Positions 56,169 through 64,000 of a stretch of 64,000 bases of DNA are shown piece after piece. The DNA is taken from contig JAUHVY010000001.1 in NCBI GenBank assembly GCA_030424975.1, forward strand, positions 57,093-121,092, in the 5' to 3' direction. The stretch's first letter is position 1. Each line of letters begins with the position of its first letter. The stretch is from Alphaproteobacteria bacterium. Its GTDB lineage: Bacteria; Pseudomonadota; Alphaproteobacteria; Micavibrionales; Micavibrionaceae. The notes under the pieces are model-generated. The model made no database searches and was not told where the DNA came from. It saw only the letters and a list, made by a program, of their open reading frames with translations. The position numbers and the translations under genes were made by a program.

Positions 56169-57587
56169 ATGAGTGAATTAAAGATCTTCATTGAAAAAGA
56201 AATTGCCGACAAGCCGGTGTTGATATACGGGCTGGGGCGTTCGGGCATGTCTGCGGCGAGGGCTCTTGCAAAGGCGGGGGTCAGTGTTGTCGTTGATGAT
56301 GATAACGTCGATAATATTGATAAGGCAAAGGCCGAAGGGTTCGTAATTTTATCGGATGATGATGATTTAACGACCTATGCCTTTTTGCTACTATCGCCGG
56401 GCATCCCCTATACTCACCCTGAGCCGCATGACATTGTCAAACGCGCACAAAAGGCGGCGCTTGAAATCATCTGTGATATTGAGCTTTTCAACCGTATTTA
56501 CAAGAATATAAAAACAATCGGCATTACCGGCACGAACGGCAAATCGACGACTTCCAGCTTGATGACGCATATTTTGACGGATACGGGGCATAATGCATTG
56601 CTTGGCGGCAATATCGGGACCCCCGTTTTTGATCTGAAAATTAAAAAAGATACGGAATGGGTGGTGCTGGAGATGTCATCATTTCAGATCGATTTATGCA
56701 CGACGTTTCGACCAGATGTTGCACTCGTGTTGAATATCACCCCTGATCATATTGATCGCCACGGCACCATGGAGCGATATGTTGAGGTTAAGGAACGATT
56801 GGTTGAGTTGGGTGCAAAGAACGAAAATCAAATTGCAGTTATTTGCACAGATGACAGTTACACCAAAAAGATTTATGACCGCGCCAAAGATTTGGGGTTG
56901 CGTGAGTGTGTGCAAGTATCAACGGATAATGCGGTTGCCGGCGGTGTTTATGTGCGTGATAATGTGTTGTATGACGCCCTTGATGCTACGGATTCTGCGC
57001 AAGCGGTAGAAGTCGGTGATATGACAAAAATCGTAAGTTTGCGGGGTGTTCACAATCAACAGAACGCGGCTTGTGCCTATGCATCTCTAAAGAAAGTCGG
57101 GTTAAGTCGTGAGAAGATTTTCTCTGCGATGGAACGTTTTCCGGGGTTAAGGCATCGTCAATTTATGGTGCGCACAATTAACGGTGTCGGGTATGTCAAT
57201 GACAGTAAGTCAACAAATGCGGCGTCTGCTGCTGTGGCGTTGGCATGTCAGGATAATGTGTATTGGATCGTCGGTGGTCGCCGAAAGAAAAACGGCCTTG
57301 AGGGGCTCGAGGATTTCTTTTCGCATATCAAGCATGCCTTCCTGATCGGTGAATCAAGCGAAGAGTTTTCCGAGTGGTTTGACCGTTTTGGTATGGATCA
57401 TTCGCGTTGCATGACATTGGAAAATGCATTGCAAGAAGCCCATGACATGGCACAACAAAACCGCGGACAGCCGGGCGGCGCTGGTGTTGTTTTGCTTTCG
57501 CCTGCCTGTGCCTCTTTTGATCAATTTGATTCCTTTGAACATCGCGGCGATGTCTTTACCTCTCTCGTCGAAGCGATGGAGGGATGA
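56169..57587 (+). CDS. murD: UDP-N-acetylmuramoylalanine--D-glutamate ligase
   Basis: VLIYGLGRSGMSAARAL, the P-loop GITGTNGKSTT, and NDSKSTN. The start is trimmed to ATG 56169 (MSELKIF). Confidence 0.92.
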   Translation: MSELKIFIEKEIADKPVLIYGLGRSGMSAARALAKAGVSVVVDDDNVDNIDKAKAEGFVILSDDDDLTTYAFLLLSPGIPYTHPEPHDIVKRAQKAALEIICDIELFNRIYKNIKTIGITGTNGKSTTSSLMTHILTDTGHNALLGGNIGTPVFDLKIKKDTEWVVLEMSSFQIDLCTTFRPDVALVLNITPDHIDRHGTMERYVEVKERLVELGAKNENQIAVICTDDSYTKKIYDRAKDLGLRECVQVSTDNAVAGGVYVRDNVLYDALDATDSAQAVEVGDMTKIVSLRGVHNQQNAACAYASLKKVGLSREKIFSAMERFPGLRHRQFMVRTINGVGYVNDSKSTNAASAAVALACQDNVYWIVGGRRKKNGLEGLEDFFSHIKHAFLIGESSEEFSEWFDRFGMDHSRCMTLENALQEAHDMAQQNRGQPGGAGVVLLSPACASFDQFDSFEHRGDVFTSLVEAMEG

Positions 57588-58828
57588 GCGCCGATATGAC
57601 GCACGATACGGCTCTTTCGCAGCAACCGCAGGCCTTTTCACGGCTTGATCGTTCGTTTTTGGGTATGTGGTGGTGGACCGTAGATCGTGCGATGCTTGGT
57701 TGTGTTATCCTGCTTATGATTGCAGGTGTTGGTATGGTCGCAAGCGCAAGTCCCGCCGTGGCGCAAAAAATCGGTGTTAGCGATTATCATTTCCTGAAAA
57801 AGCATTTGGTTTTTTTATGTCCGTCATTTGTCGCGGTTTTTGTTTTATCTATGTTTTCGCCGAAAATGATTTGGCGCTTTGCCTCTTTGGCATTGGTCGG
57901 GACATGTGTGTTGATGGCGATGGTGTTGTTTTTTGGTGATGAGGTAAAAGGCGCAAAACGGTGGATTACGATTATCGGTTTTTCCGTTCAGCCGAGTGAA
58001 TTTTTAAAGCCGACCTTTGCCGTGGTGGCTGCTTGGTTGATTGCTCTGCAAAATAAATCTATGGCGCGTATGGAGGGGTTTCACTCCGAGGAGGGGATGA
58101 AACACGTCTTTCCCGGGTTTCAGGTGGCAATTGGCTTGTATATCTTCCTTATCATATTATTGCTTCTGCAACCTGATTTGGGGATGAGCGTCGTTTTAAC
58201 GACTGTGTTTGCCGTGCAAATCTTCTTGGCGGGCTTGCGTTTTCGATATTTGGCTGTGTTGTTTGCAACCGGTGCAGGGGGGATAACGGCGGCATATTTC
58301 GGTTTTCACCATGTCCGTAGTCGTATTGATCGTTTCTTGTTCCCCGAAAGCGGCGATAATTACCAAGTCGAGCGATCACTGGATGCGATCAAGAATGGCG
58401 GTTTGATCGGTACAGGGCCGGGGCAGGGTGTTGAAAAAATGCGTATTCCCGATGCACATGCAGATTTTATTTTTTCAGTCTTTGCAGAAGAAATGGGGCT
58501 TTTATTTGCGTTCGCCCTTTTGGGTGTTTTCATCTTTGTAATTTTGCGAGGCTTTAAGCGTTTGCAAGATACGCATGATATGTTTTCGGTTCTCGCGGCG
58601 GGTGGGTTGCTTGCGATGTTTGGCTTTCAATCGGTTATCCATATCGGCTCCAGCGTAAATTTATTGCCGGCAAAGGGGATGACCTTGCCCTTTATTAGCT
58701 ATGGCGGGTCATCTATGCTATCTATGGCCATCGCGATGGGCATGGTATTGGCGTTAACAAGACAAAAAAGCAGGTCGTCAATTGCGCGGAGCAGTATGAC
58801 AATGAAAAAAGTGGCGCAACAGTCATAG
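57584..58828 (+). CDS. ftsW: SEDS peptidoglycan glycosyltransferase FtsW
   Basis: Multi-TM SEDS pattern with QPSEFLKP, DFIFSVFAEEMG and LPFISYGGSSM motifs. Confidence 0.92.
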   Translation: MSADMTHDTALSQQPQAFSRLDRSFLGMWWWTVDRAMLGCVILLMIAGVGMVASASPAVAQKIGVSDYHFLKKHLVFLCPSFVAVFVLSMFSPKMIWRFASLALVGTCVLMAMVLFFGDEVKGAKRWITIIGFSVQPSEFLKPTFAVVAAWLIALQNKSMARMEGFHSEEGMKHVFPGFQVAIGLYIFLIILLLLQPDLGMSVVLTTVFAVQIFLAGLRFRYLAVLFATGAGGITAAYFGFHHVRSRIDRFLFPESGDNYQVERSLDAIKNGGLIGTGPGQGVEKMRIPDAHADFIFSVFAEEMGLLFAFALLGVFIFVILRGFKRLQDTHDMFSVLAAGGLLAMFGFQSVIHIGSSVNLLPAKGMTLPFISYGGSSMLSMAIAMGMVLALTRQKSRSSIARSSMTMKKVAQQS

Positions 58829-58840
58829 GGGAAAAAGCGT

Positions 58841-59956
58841 ATGGGGAATCAATTGGTAATGATCAGTGCGGGTGGTACGGGCGGACACATGACCCCTGCG
58901 GCGGCGCTATGTCATGATTTGATTGCGCGCGGCTACCGGGTCGAGCTTTTGACCGATCCGCGCGGTGCGAAATATCAATCAATGTTTGGTGAAATCCCCG
59001 TACATATTGTTAAGTCGGGAACCGCAGGGCGGGGCCTGAAGGGGAAGTTGATGGGAGCGCTTAACCTTGGTTTGGGCGTGGCCTATGCGTGGAAGCTTGT
59101 GAAAAAGGCGCGTCCGTCAATGGTTGTCGGGTTTGGCGGGTATCCGTCTGTTCCAGGCGTGTTCGTCGCGCAGCGCCAAAATATTCCGACGATTTTGCAT
59201 GAACAGAATGCTATTATCGGTAAGGCAAACGCGTTTTTAGCCCCGCGCGCAGAGCGCATTGCCCTGTCCCTGCCGTTTATGACGGGCATCGAAAAAGAAG
59301 ATCAGTTACGCACGGTTATTGTCGGAAACCCCGTCAGACCTGAAATTTCCGCATTAACGGATCATGTGTATCCTGAATTTTCAGATAAAACGGATTTAAA
59401 TATTTTGGTTATGGGGGGCTCTTTAGGGGCAACTGTCTTTAGCCAAGTCGTGCCTCAGGCTTTGGCGCAATTGCCGGAGGAGTATCGCAAGCGTTTGAAT
59501 ATCGTGCAGCAATGCCGCGAAAGCGATTTAGATGATGCACGTAAGGCCTATGATGCGGCGGGGATTCGTGCGGAACTGGCAACATTTTTTGATGATGTGG
59601 CGGCGCTGTATAAAAACACGCATTTATTTATCGGTCGTTCGGGGGCAAGCACCGTTGCGGAAATCAGTGCAGCAGGAATTCCTGCGATATTTGTGCCATA
59701 TCCGCATCATAAAGATCAGCAGCAAAAGAAAAATGCAGATTATATCGCCGATGAAGACGGGGCGTGGGTGATGACTGAAAGCGGGTTTACGCAAGAGGCG
59801 CTCTTAACTCGTATTGAAACCATATTTCAAAACCCTGATATCTTGCCCAAGACGGCGGCAAATGCTAGATCTACAGGCAGACCGAATGCCGCGCACAAGC
59901 TTGGTAATCTGGTGATTGCGATTATGGATGATTTTTCCAGCAATAATTATATTTAA
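58841..59956 (+). CDS. murG: undecaprenyldiphospho-muramoylpentapeptide beta-N-acetylglucosaminyltransferase
   Basis: SAGGTGGHMTPA, LHEQNA and GRSGASTVAEISAAGIPAIFVPYPH motifs. Confidence 0.92.
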   Translation: MGNQLVMISAGGTGGHMTPAAALCHDLIARGYRVELLTDPRGAKYQSMFGEIPVHIVKSGTAGRGLKGKLMGALNLGLGVAYAWKLVKKARPSMVVGFGGYPSVPGVFVAQRQNIPTILHEQNAIIGKANAFLAPRAERIALSLPFMTGIEKEDQLRTVIVGNPVRPEISALTDHVYPEFSDKTDLNILVMGGSLGATVFSQVVPQALAQLPEEYRKRLNIVQQCRESDLDDARKAYDAAGIRAELATFFDDVAALYKNTHLFIGRSGASTVAEISAAGIPAIFVPYPHHKDQQQKKNADYIADEDGAWVMTESGFTQEALLTRIETIFQNPDILPKTAANARSTGRPNAAHKLGNLVIAIMDDFSSNNYI

Positions 59957-60015
59957 TATGACGATCCCCGCATGATTACGGGCGATGTTGAAAGACAAAA
60001 ACAGGAGCCTTTTAT

Positions 60016-61476
60016 ATGCGCATGATGTCCCCCGATATTGGTACGTTACATTTTGTAGGAATTGGCGGTATAGGCATGAGCGGTATCGCGACGTTACTTG
60101 TGTCTTTGGGGTATGACGTACAAGGGTCGGATATGGCGGAAAATGCCAATGTTGCGCGTTTGCGTACATCCGGTGTGCGTGTGTCTATCGGGCATGAAGC
60201 GCAGAATATCCGTAATAAGGAAGGGGAGCTTCCGGCGGCGGTGGTTGTATCATCTGCGATTAAAGATGATAACGCGGAATTAATGGCCGCACGTAGTGCA
60301 AAGGTGCCTGTTGTGCAACGCGCCGAAATGTTGGCGGAATTAATGCGTTTGAAATCCGCAGTGGCGGTCGCGGGAACGCATGGAAAAACCACGACGACCT
60401 CTATGGTCGGCCAGATGTTGGATCAGGCAGGGTTCGATCCGACCGTTGTGAATGGCGGTATTGTAAATGATTACGGCACAAATACGCGTTTCGGGCAATC
60501 AAGCTGGATGGTGGTCGAAGCAGATGAAAGCGACGGTAGTTTTATTCGTCTTCCTTCAACCGTTGCCGTAGTCACGAATATCGACCCTGAACATATGGAT
60601 CATTATGGATCATTCGATAAGGTTAAAAACGCATATAAGCGTTTTGTCCTGAACTTGCCGTTTCATGGTTATGCGTTGTTATGTATTGATCACCCGGAAG
60701 TTCAAACTTTGGCGGCGCAGGTTTCAGATCGAAAAGTCATCACATACGGATTTAACCCGCAGGCCGATATTCGTGCCGATAATGTGCGCAGCGGTGCAGA
60801 CGGGTCATTATTTGATGTGACATTTGCGGGATGGTTAAACGAAGATGGTAACGATGTCGAAATAAAGGATATCCACCTTTCTATGCTGGGGCGTCATAAT
60901 GTGCAGAATTCCCTGGTTGCGCTTGGTGTGGCAAAGGAAATGGGCGTTGATGAAGCCACAATGAAAAAGGCAATGTGCAGTTTTGGTGGTGTGAAGCGAC
61001 GTTTTACAAAAACAGGCGATGTTGATGGTGTGACAATCATCGATGATTATGCGCATCACCCTGTGGAAATTGATGTTGTCCTGAAAACGGCCAGATCCGC
61101 TGTGAAAGAGGTCGGTGGGAATGTTATCGCTGTAATGCAGCCCCATCGTTATTCCAGGTTGAATGATTTATACGAGGATTTCTGTCGCTGTTTTAATGAT
61201 GCAGATCATGTGATTGTCGCCGATGTTTACGAAGCAGGTGAAGCACCGATTGATGGCGTTAACAAAGAATATCTGGTGCAGGGCTTAAAGACACATGGCC
61301 ACAGATCGGCGCAAATTTTGCCGCATAAGGATGATTTACCGCGTATTCTGTCAGATATCGTGCACCCGCATGATTACGTGATTTTGATGGGCGCAGGAAA
61401 TATTACGCATTGGGCGTATGATTTACCCGATAAATTGGCAGCAGAGTTGCAAAAGAAAAAGGGGAATGCTGCATGA
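60016..61476 (+). CDS. murC: UDP-N-acetylmuramate--L-alanine ligase
   Basis: HFVGIGGIGMSGIA, the P-loop AGTHGKTTTTSM, and DDYAHHP. Confidence 0.93.
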   Translation: MRMMSPDIGTLHFVGIGGIGMSGIATLLVSLGYDVQGSDMAENANVARLRTSGVRVSIGHEAQNIRNKEGELPAAVVVSSAIKDDNAELMAARSAKVPVVQRAEMLAELMRLKSAVAVAGTHGKTTTTSMVGQMLDQAGFDPTVVNGGIVNDYGTNTRFGQSSWMVVEADESDGSFIRLPSTVAVVTNIDPEHMDHYGSFDKVKNAYKRFVLNLPFHGYALLCIDHPEVQTLAAQVSDRKVITYGFNPQADIRADNVRSGADGSLFDVTFAGWLNEDGNDVEIKDIHLSMLGRHNVQNSLVALGVAKEMGVDEATMKKAMCSFGGVKRRFTKTGDVDGVTIIDDYAHHPVEIDVVLKTARSAVKEVGGNVIAVMQPHRYSRLNDLYEDFCRCFNDADHVIVADVYEAGEAPIDGVNKEYLVQGLKTHGHRSAQILPHKDDLPRILSDIVHPHDYVILMGAGNITHWAYDLPDKLAAELQKKKGNAA

Positions 61477-62414
61477 TCGCGGCGGAGAAACTTGGCGTAA
61501 ATATTTATGACTTTGACGGAGAGTTTACCGAAAACGTTCCGTTAGGGCAGAAAAGCTGGTTCCGTTGTGGCGGCAGTGTTGATCTATTATATGAGCCGGA
61601 TGATATGAATGATCTGGCGCGTTTTTTGAAATATTACCCATCCGACAGCCAGTTAACCGTTTTGGGCGGTATGGCTAATACGATTATTCGTGATGGCGGT
61701 GTACGCGGATGTGTTGTGCAATTGGGAAAGCCATTCGCCGAGATCAATGTGCAAGGCACTAAGATTATGGCGGGAGCAGGGGCATTGAACGGCAGTGTTG
61801 CCGCCGCGGCAGCAAAAGTAGGCATAGGCGGGTTAGAGTTTCTTTCAGGCATTCCGGGAACGGTTGGCGGTGCGCTTCGTATGAATGCGGGCGCTTATGG
61901 CGCTGAGGTCAAAGATGTTTTGAGCGGTGCTATGGCATTGTCACGACAGGGCGCGTTTTTACCGTTGTTGCCTGATGAAATGGATATGCGTTATCGTTAT
62001 TGCGGGGTCCCCGAAGGGACAGTATTTGTCGGGGCGATTTTTGAAGGTAAAGCCGAGGATAAGGGCGAAGTAAAACGCCGCCTAAAAGAGATTAAGTCAA
62101 AGCGCCAAACAACGCAGCCGATTTCAGAAAAAACGGGAGGATCAACTTTTGCGAACCCGTCTGATGCAGAACTGGAAATGGCAGGATTGCCTGTTGGAAC
62201 GAAAGCATGGCAATTGGTCGAAAGTGTCGGTGGGCGCGATTTGCAAATCGGCGGTGCCCGTATGAGTGATAAGCATTTGAATTTCATGATTAATGCAGGT
62301 GATGCTACGGCGTCTGATTTAGAAGATCTGGGTGATGAATTAATCAAGCGCGTTCAAGATGAAAAGGGCGTTGCCCTGCATTGGGAGATCAGACGCATCG
62401 GCGAGCGTCTGTGA
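61473..62414 (+). CDS. murB: UDP-N-acetylenolpyruvoylglucosamine reductase
   Basis: FAD-binding PCMH domain (FRCGGSVDLL..., GIPGTVGGALRMNAGAYG) and the catalytic region GSTFANP. Confidence 0.92.
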   Translation: MIAAEKLGVNIYDFDGEFTENVPLGQKSWFRCGGSVDLLYEPDDMNDLARFLKYYPSDSQLTVLGGMANTIIRDGGVRGCVVQLGKPFAEINVQGTKIMAGAGALNGSVAAAAAKVGIGGLEFLSGIPGTVGGALRMNAGAYGAEVKDVLSGAMALSRQGAFLPLLPDEMDMRYRYCGVPEGTVFVGAIFEGKAEDKGEVKRRLKEIKSKRQTTQPISEKTGGSTFANPSDAELEMAGLPVGTKAWQLVESVGGRDLQIGGARMSDKHLNFMINAGDATASDLEDLGDELIKRVQDEKGVALHWEIRRIGERL

Positions 62415-62866
62415 TGTGCCGAATTCTTGCATCGTTATTCTGTCTTGTGGTGTTCCTGTGTGCCGTGCAGGCAAAAGCGCAAGATGAAGCAAGTCCCGTA
62501 GGATCATGGTATAGCGAGCACTGGGTATGGGCGGGAAAGCCGCAAACAGATTTTCTGCGCCTGTCAATCGCACATTTGATGGATGACGGCGCGCTGTATG
62601 TTTCATTTTACCGTTGTGATGATGAGGGGTTAACGCTGCTGCTTACCAATAGCGGTAGCTGGTCTGTTGATGGCGATATGTTGCGAACTATTTATACGCA
62701 CACAAATGAGCAGGAGCAGCAAGTCCCCGTTTACAAAGGGTATAAGATCGTTGAGATGAATGCGGATGTTTTTTCGTATACAGCGCTGGACCCGCCAAAT
62801 TTCACGTATAGAAATAAGCGCGTTGATAAAGATCACGAGGCGTTATGTGCCGAGCTTTTATTTTGA
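62414..62866 (+). CDS. hypothetical exported protein (150 aa)
   Basis: The ATG overlaps the murB stop (TGATG). Signal peptide MCRILASLFCLVVFLCAVQAKA|QDE. No recognisable domain. Confidence 0.5.
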   Translation: MCRILASLFCLVVFLCAVQAKAQDEASPVGSWYSEHWVWAGKPQTDFLRLSIAHLMDDGALYVSFYRCDDEGLTLLLTNSGSWSVDGDMLRTIYTHTNEQEQQVPVYKGYKIVEMNADVFSYTALDPPNFTYRNKRVDKDHEALCAELLF

Positions 62867-62946
62867 TTTTTTAAAGCAAAGCGTGTAATTTGCTAAAAAT
62901 TATGCTTTTTGGCATTATAAAAAATAAGAATTAATTCGGGTGATAC

Positions 62947-63402
62947 ATGAAGGGTGAATTTTCCCGCAAGTCGAAAAAGAATCAGACTCTCGATAGTGTA
63001 AAGAACATGATCGCGGATTACGTGCGCTCGGATGAACAAATTTATGTGTCGAGCTGTCATTCTGCGGTGGCATATTGGATTGCCAATGAAGAGCAGTTAT
63101 TACCGAGTGATGAGATTGTTTTGTTAGGGCCTGAAGCGGGAACGGGGAGTGGAGAAGATCGCGTTCATCATAGTATCATTATGCGCGATGGCGATATTAT
63201 AGGTGATACGGAACGATCAGGCCGCGGCATTGATACATCGTTTGATCATGAAAAACAGGAATATTATTCCAAGTTAATGGCCAGAGGGAATGAGGTCGCG
63301 ACCTATAAGGTTGTTGAGCGCATGACTATTGGAGATTTTAAAGCACAATATGTTGATGCGCCCGAACAAGATTCTTCGCCCGATGAATCATACGATATTT
63401 AA
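62947..63402 (+). CDS. hypothetical protein (151 aa) with a possible Cys/His papain-like core
   Basis: Intact ORF with no signal peptide. SSCHSAVAYW is followed about 48 aa later by VHHSIIMRDGDIIGD. This spacing is reminiscent of NlpC/P60-type C...H...polar triads. The link is speculative. Confidence 0.45.
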   Translation: MKGEFSRKSKKNQTLDSVKNMIADYVRSDEQIYVSSCHSAVAYWIANEEQLLPSDEIVLLGPEAGTGSGEDRVHHSIIMRDGDIIGDTERSGRGIDTSFDHEKQEYYSKLMARGNEVATYKVVERMTIGDFKAQYVDAPEQDSSPDESYDI

Positions 63403-63435
63403 ACGTCTATGTTTTGTTTGATTCTGTGCGGATAC

Positions 63436-63540
63436 TTAGCCGCCCCAAACCATCCATCCAATTAGTATACCCATGGCAAAACCGGACATCGTCACAGCGG
63501 CATAGGCAAATACAAAAGATGAGCGTTGGTCTTGATACAT
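63436..63540 (-). CDS. candidate small membrane protein (34 aa)
   Basis: Not in the ORF track. AAAGGAAATAACCTCTATG gives an SD-like AAGGA. Translation is MYQDQRSSFVFAYAAVTMSGFAMGILIGWMVWGG. One TM segment. Confidence 0.25.
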   Translation of the reverse strand: MYQDQRSSFVFAYAAVTMSGFAMGILIGWMVWGG

Positions 63541-63809
63541 AGAGGTTATTTCCTTTCGTGTTTTTATTGTCTTTATTTTGTATCTTAAGGTTTTTTATTA
63601 CGCCGCAGCACACATCTTATAGTTTTGCATCCCATGCACGATATGTTGCGTTGCAGTAAAAATTATTTGAAAAACAGCGGTTTTTTGCGTTTTTTAATGA
63701 CCCTTATAGTTTTAAATTGTATATAAATTTTCTCTAATTTTCAATCGTGATGTTACTTTTTTACAAGTTAATTTTCATGCGGAAAATAAATGATGCGGAA
63801 TATATAAGT

Positions 63810-63841
63810 AAAAAGCTCCGATATGTTAAATCGGAGCTTTT
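63810..63841 (-). terminator. intrinsic terminator downstream of the DUF2147-like gene
   Basis: Stem AGCTCCGA (63814-63821) pairs with TCGGAGCT (63831-63838). A/T runs flank both sides. It lies 25 nt after the stop at 63867-63869. Confidence 0.7.
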
Positions 63842-63866
63842 GTGTTATGGTTTTTATTTGATCCGT

Positions 63867-64000
63867 TTATTTGCACTTAGGGTATGCGTCGGGTGATACG
63901 CGTGTCCATTTTTGTGATTTACCAAACAGGGAAATGCCAACAAAACCACGGACCGTTAATGTGCCGTCGTTATTCTTTGTTATTTTTGCATCATAAGTGT
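63867..64000 (-). CDS. DUF2147-like protein, C-terminal fragment (5' end outside window)
   Basis: Manual reverse translation gives ...TYDAKITKNNDGTLTVRGFVGISLFGKSQKWTRVSPDAYPKCK*. The L.VRG.vG...fG..Q.WTRV pattern is typical of DUF2147. Confidence 0.6.
   Translation of the reverse strand, partial: TYDAKITKNNDGTLTVRGFVGISLFGKSQKWTRVSPDAYPKCK

Overview
This window reads as ordinary chromosome, not plasmid or phage, from a moderately AT-rich proteobacterium. It is most likely an alphaproteobacterium, judging from a short alpha-type FtsL, an Atm1-type ABC exporter, a PodJ-like protein, a COG4321-type RHH protein, TamAB and a structured ODC leader. I call about 55 protein genes plus rnpB. I saw no tRNA or rRNA genes, CRISPR array, transposase, integrase or phage genes.

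Gene blocks in order:
- 0.4-9.8 kb, sulfur block: mtnP, a SulP-STAS permease, two small ORFans, cysI, cysJ, cysH (APS-reductase type), cysG, and a divergent Rrf2 regulator.
- 9.8-14 kb: tamA and tamB.
- 14-21 kb: an RND efflux operon (OMF-MFP-RND) plus a divergent short OMF-like lipoprotein.
- 21-29 kb, polyamine block: speB, carboxy(nor)spermidine dehydrogenase and decarboxylase, and an ODC with a long structured leader. An acidic ORFan plus a SET-domain gene interrupt the block. An aldehyde dehydrogenase and an FNT channel follow.
- 29.7-37.5 kb, a more accessory-looking stretch: a secreted Cys-rich protein, a PodJ-like coiled-coil/Sel1/PG-binding protein, an Hpt protein, two ORFans, an orphan periplasmic binding protein, and a CadC-like/TPR membrane regulator.
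- 37.5-48.4 kb, housekeeping genes, including a fused System II cytochrome c synthase (CcsBA) with a TlpA-like thioredoxin.
- 48.5-48.9 kb: rnpB.
- 49.6-62.4 kb: a dcw operon, mraZ through murB.

I found no clear-cut multi-gene defence-like or otherwise obviously new system. The most unusual items are:
- A 150-aa orphan ORF sits exactly in the murF slot of the dcw operon. ddl is also missing after murB.
- Two identical perfect 17-bp palindromes bracket a cryptic 30-codon minus-strand gene in the 726-bp rnpB-mraZ spacer.
- CysJ lacks the roughly 100-aa connecting subdomain.
- A fused CcsBA is present in an alpha-like genome.
- A SET-domain gene is inserted in the polyamine cluster.

All functional calls rest on by-eye motif and family recognition. 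No database searches were run.
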